From assembly GCA_964446285.1 (NCBI GenBank), contig CAYUNT010000002.1, positions 32 to 64,031 on the forward strand: a stretch of DNA of 64,000 bases, in the 5' to 3' direction. This DNA is from an uncultured Candidatus Sumerlaeota bacterium (GTDB lineage Bacteria; Sumerlaeota; Sumerlaeia; SLMS01; CAYUNT01). The notes below the pieces were generated by a model that saw only the letters and a program-made list of their open reading frames with translations, ran no database searches and was not told the origin of the DNA. Shown here one piece after another: positions 48,704 through 58,686 of this stretch. Each line of letters opens with the position of its first letter. Position 1 is the first letter of the stretch. A program made the position numbers and the translations under genes.

Positions 48704-51700
48704 TCAGTCCGCAACGCGATCGAGAGGCACTTCGCGTTCGATGCCCGCCCACAAAAATACAAGCACGGCCTTTTGCACGGGACGCCTGTGTATTTCGGAC
48801 AGCGCCCGCGCATAAAGGCGGATTTGTTCCGCATACGAAATGGCGCGCTCTTCCAAGGCCGGACCGGCGCTCACCTGGTCCGTTTTCCAATCCAGGAGGA
48901 GGAGTCCATCCGACGCGGCGGCCACGCAATCGGCCACGCCCTGGACTACGATACTTTCGCCGCGGAAGCGCGCACGCGCGGTTTCGGGGAGAAATCCATA
49001 GACCTCGCCGGCGGGAACAAGCGCCGTGAACGGAACCTCGCGGCGGATGGCGCCTGCGGGAAGCGAGGCGAGGCGGCGTCCGAGTTCGCCCTGAAAAAAC
49101 CGCGCCACGGCGGCGCAATCCACCGCGTCCGCCGCTACCGCGGGCAACAAGCCCTGATTGATCAGCGCCGCCACTTGCCCGCGCACCTGCTCTTCAGAGT
49201 CCGCGCGCGAATAATCCAGGTGGCGCATGGCTAAATGCGTAATCGTTCCGCGCTCGGCCGCTCCCAGCTGCGGCGGACGCTCCTCCTTCCCGGGTGATTC
49301 CTCACTCTCTTTCGCTGAAAATTCCTTGCATGTCTTTCGCGCAGATGCGGGCGGCGCAAACGGCCATCCGGGCGCGCCATCCTCTGGTTCGCTCGCGTAA
49401 TCCCAGAGACGTTTGATTTCTGTTACAGACATCTTCGCGCGCAGTCCGCCAGGAAGCTCGGGCGCGGAAGAGGCGGCGGCTATGCGGCGGAGCGATTCCA
49501 GCGCCCGCGCTTCCCACGAGGCGCAGTCGCCCGCAAAGGCATTCGACGCTCCTTCGGCCGCTTCCGCTTCTGGCGGCTTTGCGAATTCCGTATTAGCGCC
49601 TGTGATTTCTATGCGCTCGATGATGTGCGCGAGCGTTAGCGGAACGGACTGATTGCGGGCGATTCCCAACGAGGCGCCGCGGCGGCGTTGTTCTGCCCTG
49701 GCCTCCTCGGATTTCGCCGCCAACTCGGCCGATCCCGCAAGCGCCGGGCCAATCCAATCGAGCAGACACCGCGCCGATGAACGCAAAAACACAGGAAGCG
49801 TCTCGGATTTTGCGCCACCGCTCCAGAGCCGCCACGCATCGAAGGCCTCGCGCGGGCGCGCGACAGTTCCGCTCAAAATCAGCAAATCGCGCGCCCGCGT
49901 CATGGCGACGTAAAGCAGGCGCATTTCCTCGGAAAGCATGGCGATGCGCCGCCCCGCGCGCACGGCTTCGTGATGAAGCGCGGGCAGATGCACGCCTCGC
50001 TGCTTGCAGGGCGCGCGCATCCCGATCAGGCCGCGGCGATCAGTGACAATCGGATTATACAGGTCTGATAAATTGAACCGCCCCGACAGATTGGCAATCA
50101 CAACCACGGGAAATTCGAGACCCTTGGCGCGATGGATCGAAAGCAGCCGGACGGCGTTTTCGCCGGGCGGCGCATTGTCGCCCGAGGCCGGGTTCTGTCC
50201 CGATTCGGCCAGGCGGCGCAAAAATCGCAGAAATCGCGCAAGGCCCCGATTCGCGAACGTGTCAAACTGCGCGGCGCGCTCGCGCAACGTTTCGATGTTG
50301 GACTCACGCAAATCCCCATCCAAACCGGCGCATGCGGCGGCCCGATACTGCGATTCCGCGAGGATGCGGTCGATCAATTCCGCGACAGATACTTGCCGCG
50401 ATAAAGCGCGCCATCGCTCGATACGTTCGAGCGCCGCGCGGCATCGCTCCGCTAAATCTGAGCTATCGTCAGAATTCGCACTGGCCTTCGCGCCGGAATC
50501 GCCTGCGGAAAATGCCCGCGCGGCCGCGTAAAAATCGCCTTCGGACGCGCCGAGGCGGATGCGCATCAGGTCATCGGCGGAAAAGCGGCAAAAAGGCGAA
50601 CGCAAATACGCCGCCAGCGGGATGTCCTGGCAGGGATTGTCGAGAATTTCCAAAACCGATACCAGATCGCGAATTTCCAGCGCATCGAGGAGGTTGCCGC
50701 CCGGCGGGGCCTTCACTGGAATTCCGCAATGCCGCAACGCCGCCGCAAACACATCCGCGCCCGTCATCGAGCGCATGAGGATCACGATGTCTCCCCACTG
50801 CACGGGCCGCCACACGCCGCCGGAGTCTTCGATCCACAAATCCGCGTTCTGGCCATCGGCTCGTCGGCCCACGAGCGACCACAACCGGCTAGCAAGCGCA
50901 TACGCCTCGCGTTCGAGCAGGGCCGGTTCGGCTTCGGGAGCGGCCGCGTCTTCGCCTTCCCCTTCATTTTCCTCGCTAGCGGCTTCATTTTCCGCGCCGC
51001 CATCCGGGGAATGCGCTCCTTCTTCGCCGCGCGTATCCGCATCCGATGGCTCGCCGTTTGGCGAAAAAGCCACGGCCGATTCTCCACCGTCCGCGCGCGA
51101 GACGATGGGCGCGCTGGAATCCACAAGCAGCCACTCTACAGGACAATTGTCTGGATTTTTCGAGGGCGGCAAATCAGCGGGCGGGTCGGACGCGCCGCGC
51201 CCCTGCACAAGACGCGCGGAATCATCATAAGGAATTCCGCCAAGCGCCACGTCCATCAGGCGCTCGAAGACAGAATTCACCGCGTCGATCACCGGACGCC
51301 GGCAGCGATAATTGCGCGGAAGATCGATGCGGAAATCGGCTGTGTCTATGTTGGCAACATGATTTTCAGTTGTGCCTGCGGATAGCGCGCCAGCCGATGC
51401 CGCGCTTTGCGGCGCATCGGGCCGGAGCGATTGCGCACGACGGTAGGCGTCAAGGAATATCTCCGGTTCCGCCAGCCGGAATCCATAGATGCTCTGCTTA
51501 ACGTCACCCACGGCAAACAGGTTCGGCGCGCGCCCTTGCGCATCGTTCTGGCGGCTCACCAGATGCAAAATCGCCGCCTGCAACTCGTTGATGTCCTGGT
51601 ATTCGTCCACGAGGACCCGCTCGAACCGGTCGCGATACTGCAGCGCCACCGGACCCGGCGTGAGAAAAGCCTCGTTCGAACTCAGATTACTTGTCTCATT

Positions 51701-52933
51701 GATCCTTGCGGTTTCATTTGTCCCATTCGTCTCATCAGCGCCAACCGCGCTGCTATCCACTTTTGTCTCACGGGCGGAGAGCGCATCGAGAGCCAGGCGT
51801 TCAATGTCATTGAAATCCAGCGCGCCAATCTGTCGTTTTTCTCGCGCATAAGCATCCAGCGCATCCTCGGTGAGCGCCAGAAAGCGTCCTATCAACGGCG
51901 ATGTCGAGCGCACGCCATCAATCCAGTCTTCGGGAGAAAAACGCGCCTGAAACTTAGCAAGCGCCGTCAATTGTTTGCGGGCCGGATCGAAGACGCGCGC
52001 CTTGAGAAGGTTTCGCATTTCCGCATATTCCGGCGGCACGCGCGGACCTTTGCGCGGCATTTTCGCGCTGGCGCAATCGGCGAGAATCTGCTGCCATTCC
52101 GTCCATTCGCCCGCCGCCAGCGAGCGCCGTGCGCGAATCGATGCGTCGCGCAAATCGCCTGCAAATCCCGCCAGTTTTGCATCCGGAATTCCGCGCGCGG
52201 CCAGTTCGCGCAAGAGCCAGTCGAAACGCGCCTCGATGTCGGCGTGCGCGGCCTCGAGGGTTTCGATAAATCGCCTCCCCCAGAAAGTCCGCTCCAGAAC
52301 AGGTATTTTACCTGCGGGCGAGCCGAATTCCCCCAGCGCCGCCAGAACGCGCGCCTTCCATTCCGCCGGACGCGCCGTCGTGCGTAGGAAATCCGCCGCG
52401 CGCCTTACCTCGCCAGCCAGCCGCGCATCATCGCGCCGTCCGCCGAACGCATCCACCAGCGCCCGAAACTCGACCCCGCGCGGCCCGTCGTCGCGGTAAT
52501 GCGCCTCAAAAACGCCATCGAGCGTTTCCGCCCATAGCAGCTCGCCCTCCTCGGCGTCCAGCACGCCGAATCCAGGATTTATATCCAGGACGTGGAAATT
52601 CTGGCGGACAAGTTCCTGGCAAAACGAATCCAGCGTCGAGATAGAAGCGCGCTCAAGCAGGGCCAGCTGGCGGCGCGCCCGCGCGTGGTCTGGATACTGC
52701 GAGAGCGTTTCGCGAAGCGCTCCGCCTATGCGGTCTTTCATTTCCCGCGCGGCGGCCCGCGTAAACGTGACAACCAGAAGGTTCTCGATATCGAGCGGCG
52801 GAACTTCCTGCGTAATGGCGTAAAGCACGCGCCCGGCGAGCACGGACGTCTTGCCCGCTCCGGCGGCGGCGGAAACGAGCAGGTTCACGCCGCTGGTTTC
52901 GACGGCGAGGCGCTGTTCGGGAGAGAATTTCAT
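48704..52933 (-). CDS. addA: ATP-dependent helicase/nuclease subunit A
   Basis: VSAAAGAGKT, VVTFTRAAAREM, VDEYQD, VGDVKQSIYGFR, SIHRAKGLEF, LYVAMTRA; nuclease QGVADC..LLDWKTD..Q..LY. Confidence 0.95.
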   Translation of the reverse strand: MKFSPEQRLAVETSGVNLLVSAAAGAGKTSVLAGRVLYAITQEVPPLDIENLLVVTFTRAAAREMKDRIGGALRETLSQYPDHARARRQLALLERASISTLDSFCQELVRQNFHVLDINPGFGVLDAEEGELLWAETLDGVFEAHYRDDGPRGVEFRALVDAFGGRRDDARLAGEVRRAADFLRTTARPAEWKARVLAALGEFGSPAGKIPVLERTFWGRRFIETLEAAHADIEARFDWLLRELAARGIPDAKLAGFAGDLRDASIRARRSLAAGEWTEWQQILADCASAKMPRKGPRVPPEYAEMRNLLKARVFDPARKQLTALAKFQARFSPEDWIDGVRSTSPLIGRFLALTEDALDAYAREKRQIGALDFNDIERLALDALSARETKVDSSAVGADETNGTNETARINETSNLSSNEAFLTPGPVALQYRDRFERVLVDEYQDINELQAAILHLVSRQNDAQGRAPNLFAVGDVKQSIYGFRLAEPEIFLDAYRRAQSLRPDAPQSAASAGALSAGTTENHVANIDTADFRIDLPRNYRCRRPVIDAVNSVFERLMDVALGGIPYDDSARLVQGRGASDPPADLPPSKNPDNCPVEWLLVDSSAPIVSRADGGESAVAFSPNGEPSDADTRGEEGAHSPDGGAENEAASEENEGEGEDAAAPEAEPALLEREAYALASRLWSLVGRRADGQNADLWIEDSGGVWRPVQWGDIVILMRSMTGADVFAAALRHCGIPVKAPPGGNLLDALEIRDLVSVLEILDNPCQDIPLAAYLRSPFCRFSADDLMRIRLGASEGDFYAAARAFSAGDSGAKASANSDDSSDLAERCRAALERIERWRALSRQVSVAELIDRILAESQYRAAACAGLDGDLRESNIETLRERAAQFDTFANRGLARFLRFLRRLAESGQNPASGDNAPPGENAVRLLSIHRAKGLEFPVVVIANLSGRFNLSDLYNPIVTDRRGLIGMRAPCKQRGVHLPALHHEAVRAGRRIAMLSEEMRLLYVAMTRARDLLILSGTVARPREAFDAWRLWSGGAKSETLPVFLRSSARCLLDWIGPALAGSAELAAKSEEARAEQRRRGASLGIARNQSVPLTLAHIIERIEITGANTEFAKPPEAEAAEGASNAFAGDCASWEARALESLRRIAAASSAPELPGGLRAKMSVTEIKRLWDYASEPEDGAPGWPFAPPASARKTCKEFSAKESEESPGKEERPPQLGAAERGTITHLAMRHLDYSRADSEEQVRGQVAALINQGLLPAVAADAVDCAAVARFFQGELGRRLASLPAGAIRREVPFTALVPAGEVYGFLPETARARFRGESIVVQGVADCVAAASDGLLLLDWKTDQVSAGPALEERAISYAEQIRLYARALSEIHRRPVQKAVLVFLWAGIEREVPLDRVAD

Positions 52934-55900
52934 TGCCGCGCCTCGCTTTCCTGGCCGTTCTCCGCGCCACGATATATTTTGTCATTTGCCGCGGGCGCGC
53001 TTTGACGCAAGCGTTCAAGCGCTTCCTCCGCTCTAAGGCGGGGCAGGGCGCGCGGCGCATCCACGCGGTCGTCAAACCGGCACAGTGGACGGAACGGACA
53101 CCATTTACAAGGTATCTTGCCGCCATAGCGCACCGGCGCCACCTCGATTATGCCGTTCAGGATTGCGCGCCCCGACGCGGCGATGAAGCGCCCCGCATGA
53201 GCCAGCACGCGGTCCATGTCGCCATCCGCCAGCGCGTCGCTCCATCGCATCGAGACCTCGCCCGCCTCGCTCACGCGAGCTCGGTGGAAAACGCCCTTCT
53301 CGCCTGGGTCGATGGTTTCGAGCGCCGCCTGCCATCGCGCCTCGAACATCCCTCGCATCTGACGCCGCGCGTGACGATCCGTCTCCGTTTCGGACTCGGC
53401 GTCGTCAGGGTGTGCAAATTTCGGCGCCGCTTCGATCACTGGCATGTAAAACGCGCCCGCCGCGCGCGGATGCCCGCCGAGTTGCTGCGCGGCCCGCGGC
53501 GAGGCGCACACGGCAAGCAAATACCCCGCCAGCTGCAATTGAAGACCATAATACAATTCGCCCAAATCCAAAGGCCGCGCCGTGGTTTTGTAATCCACCA
53601 CGCGCACGCCGACCTCCGTCGCTGGACCTTCCGCCGCGCCCCGATTTGATTTGTCTTCTCCAGCAACGGGCTGTGTTGCGTCCAGGCGATCGATCCGTCC
53701 GCGAATTCGCAGCCGAATACCATCGCCCAGATCAAACTCCAGCGGATCGAGCACCAGTCCGCGTTCTGAATCCGCGCCTGCCGCGGCCCCTTTTGCCACA
53801 GCGCCGCCCATCCCGAAATCCACCTCGGCGCCCACGGGACGGAACCGGCTGCGGCGCAGCGACGACGCCACCGTCCAAGCCATCGCACCGAGCGTTTCGC
53901 GAATCCGCTCCAGGAGAAAACGCATTCGCGCCGTGCTGAGGAGGAGTTCGTTTTTCAGGCGCGGCGCGGCCTGGTCGAGGCACCGCGCGATTTCCGCACG
54001 AACCGTCTCTTCGCCAAGCGCCGCCAAGTCTTCACCGCGTTCGAGCGCCCCGCCCACCCACAAACCCATCACCGCGTGGTAGAGCGATCCGAGGTCCACG
54101 ACCTCGACTCGATATTCCGGGCGCGGTTCGAGCGCGAGCAGATTCGCGGCAAAATGCTGGAACGGGCACGCGGCGAACGATTCGATCCGGCTGAGCGAAA
54201 GCGGCACAATCCCTTTCTGCGAAACAAGCGCCTTGCGCGCCAGCGCCGGATCGAGGCGCGCCTGCTGCGGTTTTTCCGCGGCGCACTGGGCCATCTGCAC
54301 CGCCTGCGCCAGCGCGGGGGCAGCGGCGATGGCTTCCGCGCGAAGCCGTTCGAGCGCCGCACGCGCCTCGGGATCGCGTCCGGCCCCGCCCGTCCTCCCT
54401 GTCATCGCTTCCGCCCACAACGATGCCCATGCGCCAGGTGTATCCGCGCTTTCCCAGTCCGAATAATGATTTCCGCCGATCTGCTCCGGCTCCGCCCCCG
54501 GAAACAGCGCTCGCATCCGCCTCCAGAAAGGCGACGGGAACAACGCCTCTCCTTTCGCATCTGCGAGCGGGCGGCTCGCCCACAACCGCCTTTCCGCGCG
54601 CGTAAATGCAATGTAGGCTAAATACGATTCGTTCAAAAATAGTTCGCGCGAAGGCGGCGCCACCTCGCATCCGAGCGTCCGCAACAAATCGCGCTCGGCA
54701 TCGTTCAGGAGCGGGTCCTGCGCGCGCGCGCGCGGAAAATCCCCTTCCGACAAGCCAATCACCAGGGCCGCATCCAAATCCGGCTGGCGCGAACGGTCCA
54801 CGCTCCCGAGGCTCGCCGCATCCAGACCCGGCGGGATGACGCCGATGCGCAAATCCGCAAGCGCCGTCTCGACAATCTCAACCGCTTCCCCGCCAGCGAG
54901 CGGTTCGCCTCCAAGCGCCTGCGCCATTTGTTCGAGGGCGCCGCGAACGATTCCGAGCGCCTGGCGGTGTTCTTCCGCCCGCGCCGGATCGCCATCGCGC
55001 CGCGCCTGCTCCTCGAGCGCGCGCAATTGCCCCTCGGCGTCCACGCGCCGCATCCAATCCGCCAGCGCCTCCGCCAGCCGCTCCGCATCTGTGGCGGCCT
55101 GCGCATCCTGCCCGATCTCCTGCTCCTCTTCCTGATTTTCTTTGGCGCCAATTGAATTTTCCGCTTCTGGAGGACGCATCGCCCCGAGCGCATGCGCCGC
55201 CTCCCACTCGACGAGCGGATTCACAATCCGCAGCCGCCAGGCGTTGATGCGCGCCAGTTGCTCGCGCCGCCGCGCCTCCTCCCGCGGATCCATTCGCGGG
55301 TCGTCATCATCGAGCCGCCGCTGTCCCCACACCTGCCACCCCCGCGGCGACGTCCAAACCCCGCGCCCCGTAAAGCCATGTTCGATCGTGTAATTCTCCA
55401 GCCGGTCGATTGCCTCCGGCTCGATTCCCGCCCCCGCCAATCCTGTTTTCAGCAAATCGAAAACGTCTGGCGAATGCCATCCGCGAAACGTCACGCGCGC
55501 CAGCGCCTTAAGCGCCGCCACAAGCGGATGCGCATCGAGCGGGCGCCGCTGATCCACGAAATAGGGAATGCCGAATTCGCGCAGCGCGGGCGCAAGATCG
55601 CCAAGGCGTTCCTCGATGCTTCGCGCGATAATTGCCATGCGCCGCCAGGGGATTCCCTCCTCGCGATGCAGCCGGGCCATTTCGCGCGCCGCCGCCCCGG
55701 CCTCCGCGCGAGGCGACGCCGCCTCCACCAGGCGGATCGAAGGCGGCGCAGCACGCGCCGGCGGCTCGTGTTCCCGCGCAGCGGGTCCTCCCCAGGGTAT
55801 AGGCCGGACGCGCCCCCATTGCGCTTCGAGATGCGCGAGGTCGGGCGCTTGTGAAAATCGGCCCCGCGCCTCGCCATTTTCTTTTGCGCCTTTCCCATTA

Positions 55901-56994
55901 TGCCCCATCCCGGCGAGCGCCAGCGGCTCGAGTTCCGGCACGCCGAGCGCCGCAGCCCGCGCCCGCAAACGCCGCAGCGTCCGCCCCGTTTCCGCAAACA
56001 GCTCGCCCGCCGCCTCCTCAAGCGCGAATCCATCATCAAGCGCCCGTTCAACGCCCGGGTCCAGGCACAGGCACAAATCCACCTCGGACGATTGGCGCAA
56101 AATCTCGTCGAGCGCGGCCAATTCCTGCGCGCTGAACGACGAAAATCCGTCGATCCACACACGCGCCCCGGCAAGCAGCGGACGACGCCTCAGCGCCTCG
56201 GCCAGCCGCCCCGCCGCCTCTTCCGGGTTGAGGAACCGCCCGTTGATCGCGGCCAGATAGTCTTCGAAAATATCCGCCAGATCATGGGTTTTCGCAGCCA
56301 GATAAGACCGTCCAGCCGCCGCGGAGCGCCCGGCTTCTTTTGGCGCATTCCCCGAGGCGGCCTCTAAATTCGCCGCGTCCGCCGCAGGTTTTGACAGCGT
56401 TTCGGCCACTTCGCGCAACATGGCGGGTGTGATGCGCTGGCGCAGAAACTCCGCCACCAGCCGCCCGGCTTCGGCGTCGAACCCCGCCTGCGTTCCCGCC
56501 CGCCGGAACACGCGCAGTTGCCTGGCCCGCCGCCGCAGAATCAGCCGCAGAAGCAAACGCCGTTGCAGCAATCCGATTTCCGGTTCCCCTGGCCCTCCGG
56601 CTTCCTGAAAAGCCCAGAACGCCAGCCTCCGAAAAGACAATATGCGCGCGCGCGAAAACGCCCGCCCCCCCAGGCAATCGAGCAGCGCGCGTTCCATTTG
56701 GAAGGTTGCCTGTTCGGGCACGAGCAGAACCAAAGGCGCACTCTCCGCCCCATATACTGCGCCCGCTCCTGTCCGTTGCCGGCACGCAGAAGAATTTTCA
56801 GGCGCACTCTCCACCCCATATACTGCGCCCGCTCCTGGGATCGCGAGGCTCCGCACTCGCGCCCCATCTGCCTCTCCGACTGCGCATGGTTCCCCGCCCA
56901 GACCCTCTTCCGCGCGCAACGCCCCGGCCACCGCGGCAAGGCAATGCCGTGTTTTTCCGCTTCCCGCCCGGCCCAGAACAAACCTCAGCGCCAC
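52930..56994 (-). CDS. addB: Helicase/nuclease subunit B with Fe-S nuclease domain
   Basis: LGRAGSGKT, LVPEQATFQME, SRIESFAACPFQHF, RGRIDRLD, VVDYKT, LQLAGYL, CKWCPFRPLC; overlaps the addA start. Confidence 0.93.
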   Translation of the reverse strand: MALRFVLGRAGSGKTRHCLAAVAGALRAEEGLGGEPCAVGEADGARVRSLAIPGAGAVYGVESAPENSSACRQRTGAGAVYGAESAPLVLLVPEQATFQMERALLDCLGGRAFSRARILSFRRLAFWAFQEAGGPGEPEIGLLQRRLLLRLILRRRARQLRVFRRAGTQAGFDAEAGRLVAEFLRQRITPAMLREVAETLSKPAADAANLEAASGNAPKEAGRSAAAGRSYLAAKTHDLADIFEDYLAAINGRFLNPEEAAGRLAEALRRRPLLAGARVWIDGFSSFSAQELAALDEILRQSSEVDLCLCLDPGVERALDDGFALEEAAGELFAETGRTLRRLRARAAALGVPELEPLALAGMGHNGKGAKENGEARGRFSQAPDLAHLEAQWGRVRPIPWGGPAAREHEPPARAAPPSIRLVEAASPRAEAGAAAREMARLHREEGIPWRRMAIIARSIEERLGDLAPALREFGIPYFVDQRRPLDAHPLVAALKALARVTFRGWHSPDVFDLLKTGLAGAGIEPEAIDRLENYTIEHGFTGRGVWTSPRGWQVWGQRRLDDDDPRMDPREEARRREQLARINAWRLRIVNPLVEWEAAHALGAMRPPEAENSIGAKENQEEEQEIGQDAQAATDAERLAEALADWMRRVDAEGQLRALEEQARRDGDPARAEEHRQALGIVRGALEQMAQALGGEPLAGGEAVEIVETALADLRIGVIPPGLDAASLGSVDRSRQPDLDAALVIGLSEGDFPRARAQDPLLNDAERDLLRTLGCEVAPPSRELFLNESYLAYIAFTRAERRLWASRPLADAKGEALFPSPFWRRMRALFPGAEPEQIGGNHYSDWESADTPGAWASLWAEAMTGRTGGAGRDPEARAALERLRAEAIAAAPALAQAVQMAQCAAEKPQQARLDPALARKALVSQKGIVPLSLSRIESFAACPFQHFAANLLALEPRPEYRVEVVDLGSLYHAVMGLWVGGALERGEDLAALGEETVRAEIARCLDQAAPRLKNELLLSTARMRFLLERIRETLGAMAWTVASSLRRSRFRPVGAEVDFGMGGAVAKGAAAGADSERGLVLDPLEFDLGDGIRLRIRGRIDRLDATQPVAGEDKSNRGAAEGPATEVGVRVVDYKTTARPLDLGELYYGLQLQLAGYLLAVCASPRAAQQLGGHPRAAGAFYMPVIEAAPKFAHPDDAESETETDRHARRQMRGMFEARWQAALETIDPGEKGVFHRARVSEAGEVSMRWSDALADGDMDRVLAHAGRFIAASGRAILNGIIEVAPVRYGGKIPCKWCPFRPLCRFDDRVDAPRALPRLRAEEALERLRQSAPAANDKIYRGAENGQESEARQ

Positions 56995-57225
56995 AGAGCC
57001 ACCTTTCTTTCTATTTCTCTTTCTCTCTTGTTCGCGCGTGTGCGTGCGTGCGTGCGTGTCATGCCGCCAGAAGATTCACCGCAGAGGCGAGGAGAACGCA
57101 GAGTTTTTTCCTTATCTCTTGTTCGCGCGCGTTCGCGTGTGCACTGCAATCTCCCACGCGCCGCAAGTTTCTTTCACTCCGCCGTTGTGTGCGAGCGTTT
57201 TCTCGCCATTGGAGGGATGTGCGGA

Positions 57226-57253
57226 TTGACACCCTCTGCCAGTTTGTTATGGT
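57226..57253 (+). promoter_or_regulatory. Putative sigma70 promoter upstream of the yqjDEK-like genes
   Basis: TTGACA-16 bp-TATGGT with an extended -10 TG. Confidence 0.4.
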
Positions 57254-57493
57254 AAGTTCACAAGGCGGTTCGAGGCGCGCAATCCGGATTGCGCGTGCGG
57301 ATGCGCCAACCGCTCCCCGCCAGAAGAGCGCGAGTGAAGAAAAAGCGCGAGTGCAGAGCCTCGCGATCCCAGGCGATCCTGGCCGATCCCCCCAAGCTCC
57401 GCCTTGCGCCATGCGCCGGCAAATCGGACTCGCATCGAATCTGCCCCAGCCGTCTTGAACCAATCCCTCATCCCCCAAAAGGAGGACGCTGCC

Positions 57494-57778
57494 ATGGCCG
57501 ACACCGAAGCAAAAAAAGCGGAAGGACCGACCCCAGGCCAGCGCCTTGACGACGCCATCGACGCCACACGCGGGAAAATCTCGCAGGTGGCCGGCGCGGT
57601 TCGCGAGAAGTTCGAGCATGGCCGCGAGGCCATTGGTGAACTCAAGAAAAAGAGCTTCGAAGACGTCATTACGTCCACGAAGAATTTCGCCAAGGAACAT
57701 CCTGGCACGACGCTCCTCGGCGGAATCGCCCTCGGATTCCTGATCGGCTATATCGTCCGGGGACGCCGCGACGACTAA
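57494..57778 (+). CDS. ElaB/YqjD/DUF883 family tail-anchored protein
   Basis: AGGAGG RBS; helical N-terminus; FAKEHPGTTLLGGIALGFLIGYIVRGRR. Confidence 0.85.
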   Translation: MADTEAKKAEGPTPGQRLDDAIDATRGKISQVAGAVREKFEHGREAIGELKKKSFEDVITSTKNFAKEHPGTTLLGGIALGFLIGYIVRGRRDD

Positions 57779-57843
57779 GCCGGCAGCTGCCGGGCCTTCC
57801 TCCCGTCACCGCGGTCCCCCATCTGAAATACAGCAGATTTTTC

Positions 57844-58317
57844 ATGCCCCCTTCGTCACCATCCGAGGCGGAGAACGAGCGTATGGCCGATCCTGAAAGC
57901 GCGCGCGATTCCCATGCGCAAGAGCCTAGCGCATCCAGTTCCGGCAATCCCGGCCCTGCCGCTGCCGCGCCGCCGTCCCCGCCCTCGTCATCGCCCATCG
58001 CAAATCTTCTGATCGAGCTGGCCGGGCTTGTGGCGCGATGGTTCGGACTGCAATTCGAGCGCGCCTCCATCAGCATCCGCCTCCAGATTCAGACGCTGAT
58101 CGTAGTCGCGATTCTCAGCGGCGCGGGGTTGTTGCTGGTGGCTGCGGGGATCGTCTTTCTCGACGTGTTTCTATTTCAGCTGATCCGCCTCTGGCTGGAA
58201 GAAGCCGCGTCGTGGTGCCTGATGGCCATTCTTCATCTTCTGGCCGGAATTCTGTTGATCCGCCTGGCGATTGCGCGCTCAAGAGCGCCCGAAGAAGAAG
58301 AGGAGGACGAAGGATGA
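57844..58317 (+). CDS. YqjE-like / phage-holin-family two-TM membrane protein
   Basis: Follows the DUF883 gene; amphipathic helix then two hydrophobic segments; start may be 57882. Confidence 0.65.
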   Translation: MPPSSPSEAENERMADPESARDSHAQEPSASSSGNPGPAAAAPPSPPSSSPIANLLIELAGLVARWFGLQFERASISIRLQIQTLIVVAILSGAGLLLVAAGIVFLDVFLFQLIRLWLEEAASWCLMAILHLLAGILLIRLAIARSRAPEEEEEDEG

Positions 58318-58655
58318 TGGGCGCGGGACGACGCGATGCCTTGCGCCGCCGGGCGCAAATCCGCCGCGAACTCGCCGAAACCGAGGCGCGGATGGGTGTT
58401 GTGTTTCGCGCCATGGAAAGCGGAACACGCGACGCGCTCAGCCCCGTCCGGTTCGTGCAGCGCCGTCCGGTGCTTGGATTTGCGCTGGCTGTGGTTGGGG
58501 GACTTCTCCTCAGCCGCCTGCTAGGCAAACGCGCCTCGGGCGAGGTGATCCGGCGCACAGGGCGCTCACTGCTCGGTCGTGTGGTCGCCAGCCAGGCCAC
58601 GCGCCTTCTCGCCCCGCATCTCGAATCCCTTGCCGCGCGGTTTATACGCTTTTGA
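58314..58655 (+). CDS. YqjK/DUF3618-like small membrane-associated protein
   Basis: ATGA overlap; IRRELAETEARM...SPVRFVQRRPVLGFALAVVGGLLL. Confidence 0.65.
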   Translation: MMGAGRRDALRRRAQIRRELAETEARMGVVFRAMESGTRDALSPVRFVQRRPVLGFALAVVGGLLLSRLLGKRASGEVIRRTGRSLLGRVVASQATRLLAPHLESLAARFIRF

Positions 58656-58686
58656 TGACAGCAAAATAACGAACAATAAATCCTCC

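Noticed and set aside
57844-58317. Prophage inferred from the holin-family gene
   Set aside because: The context is the chromosomal yqjD/E/K-like triad, with no phage genes.
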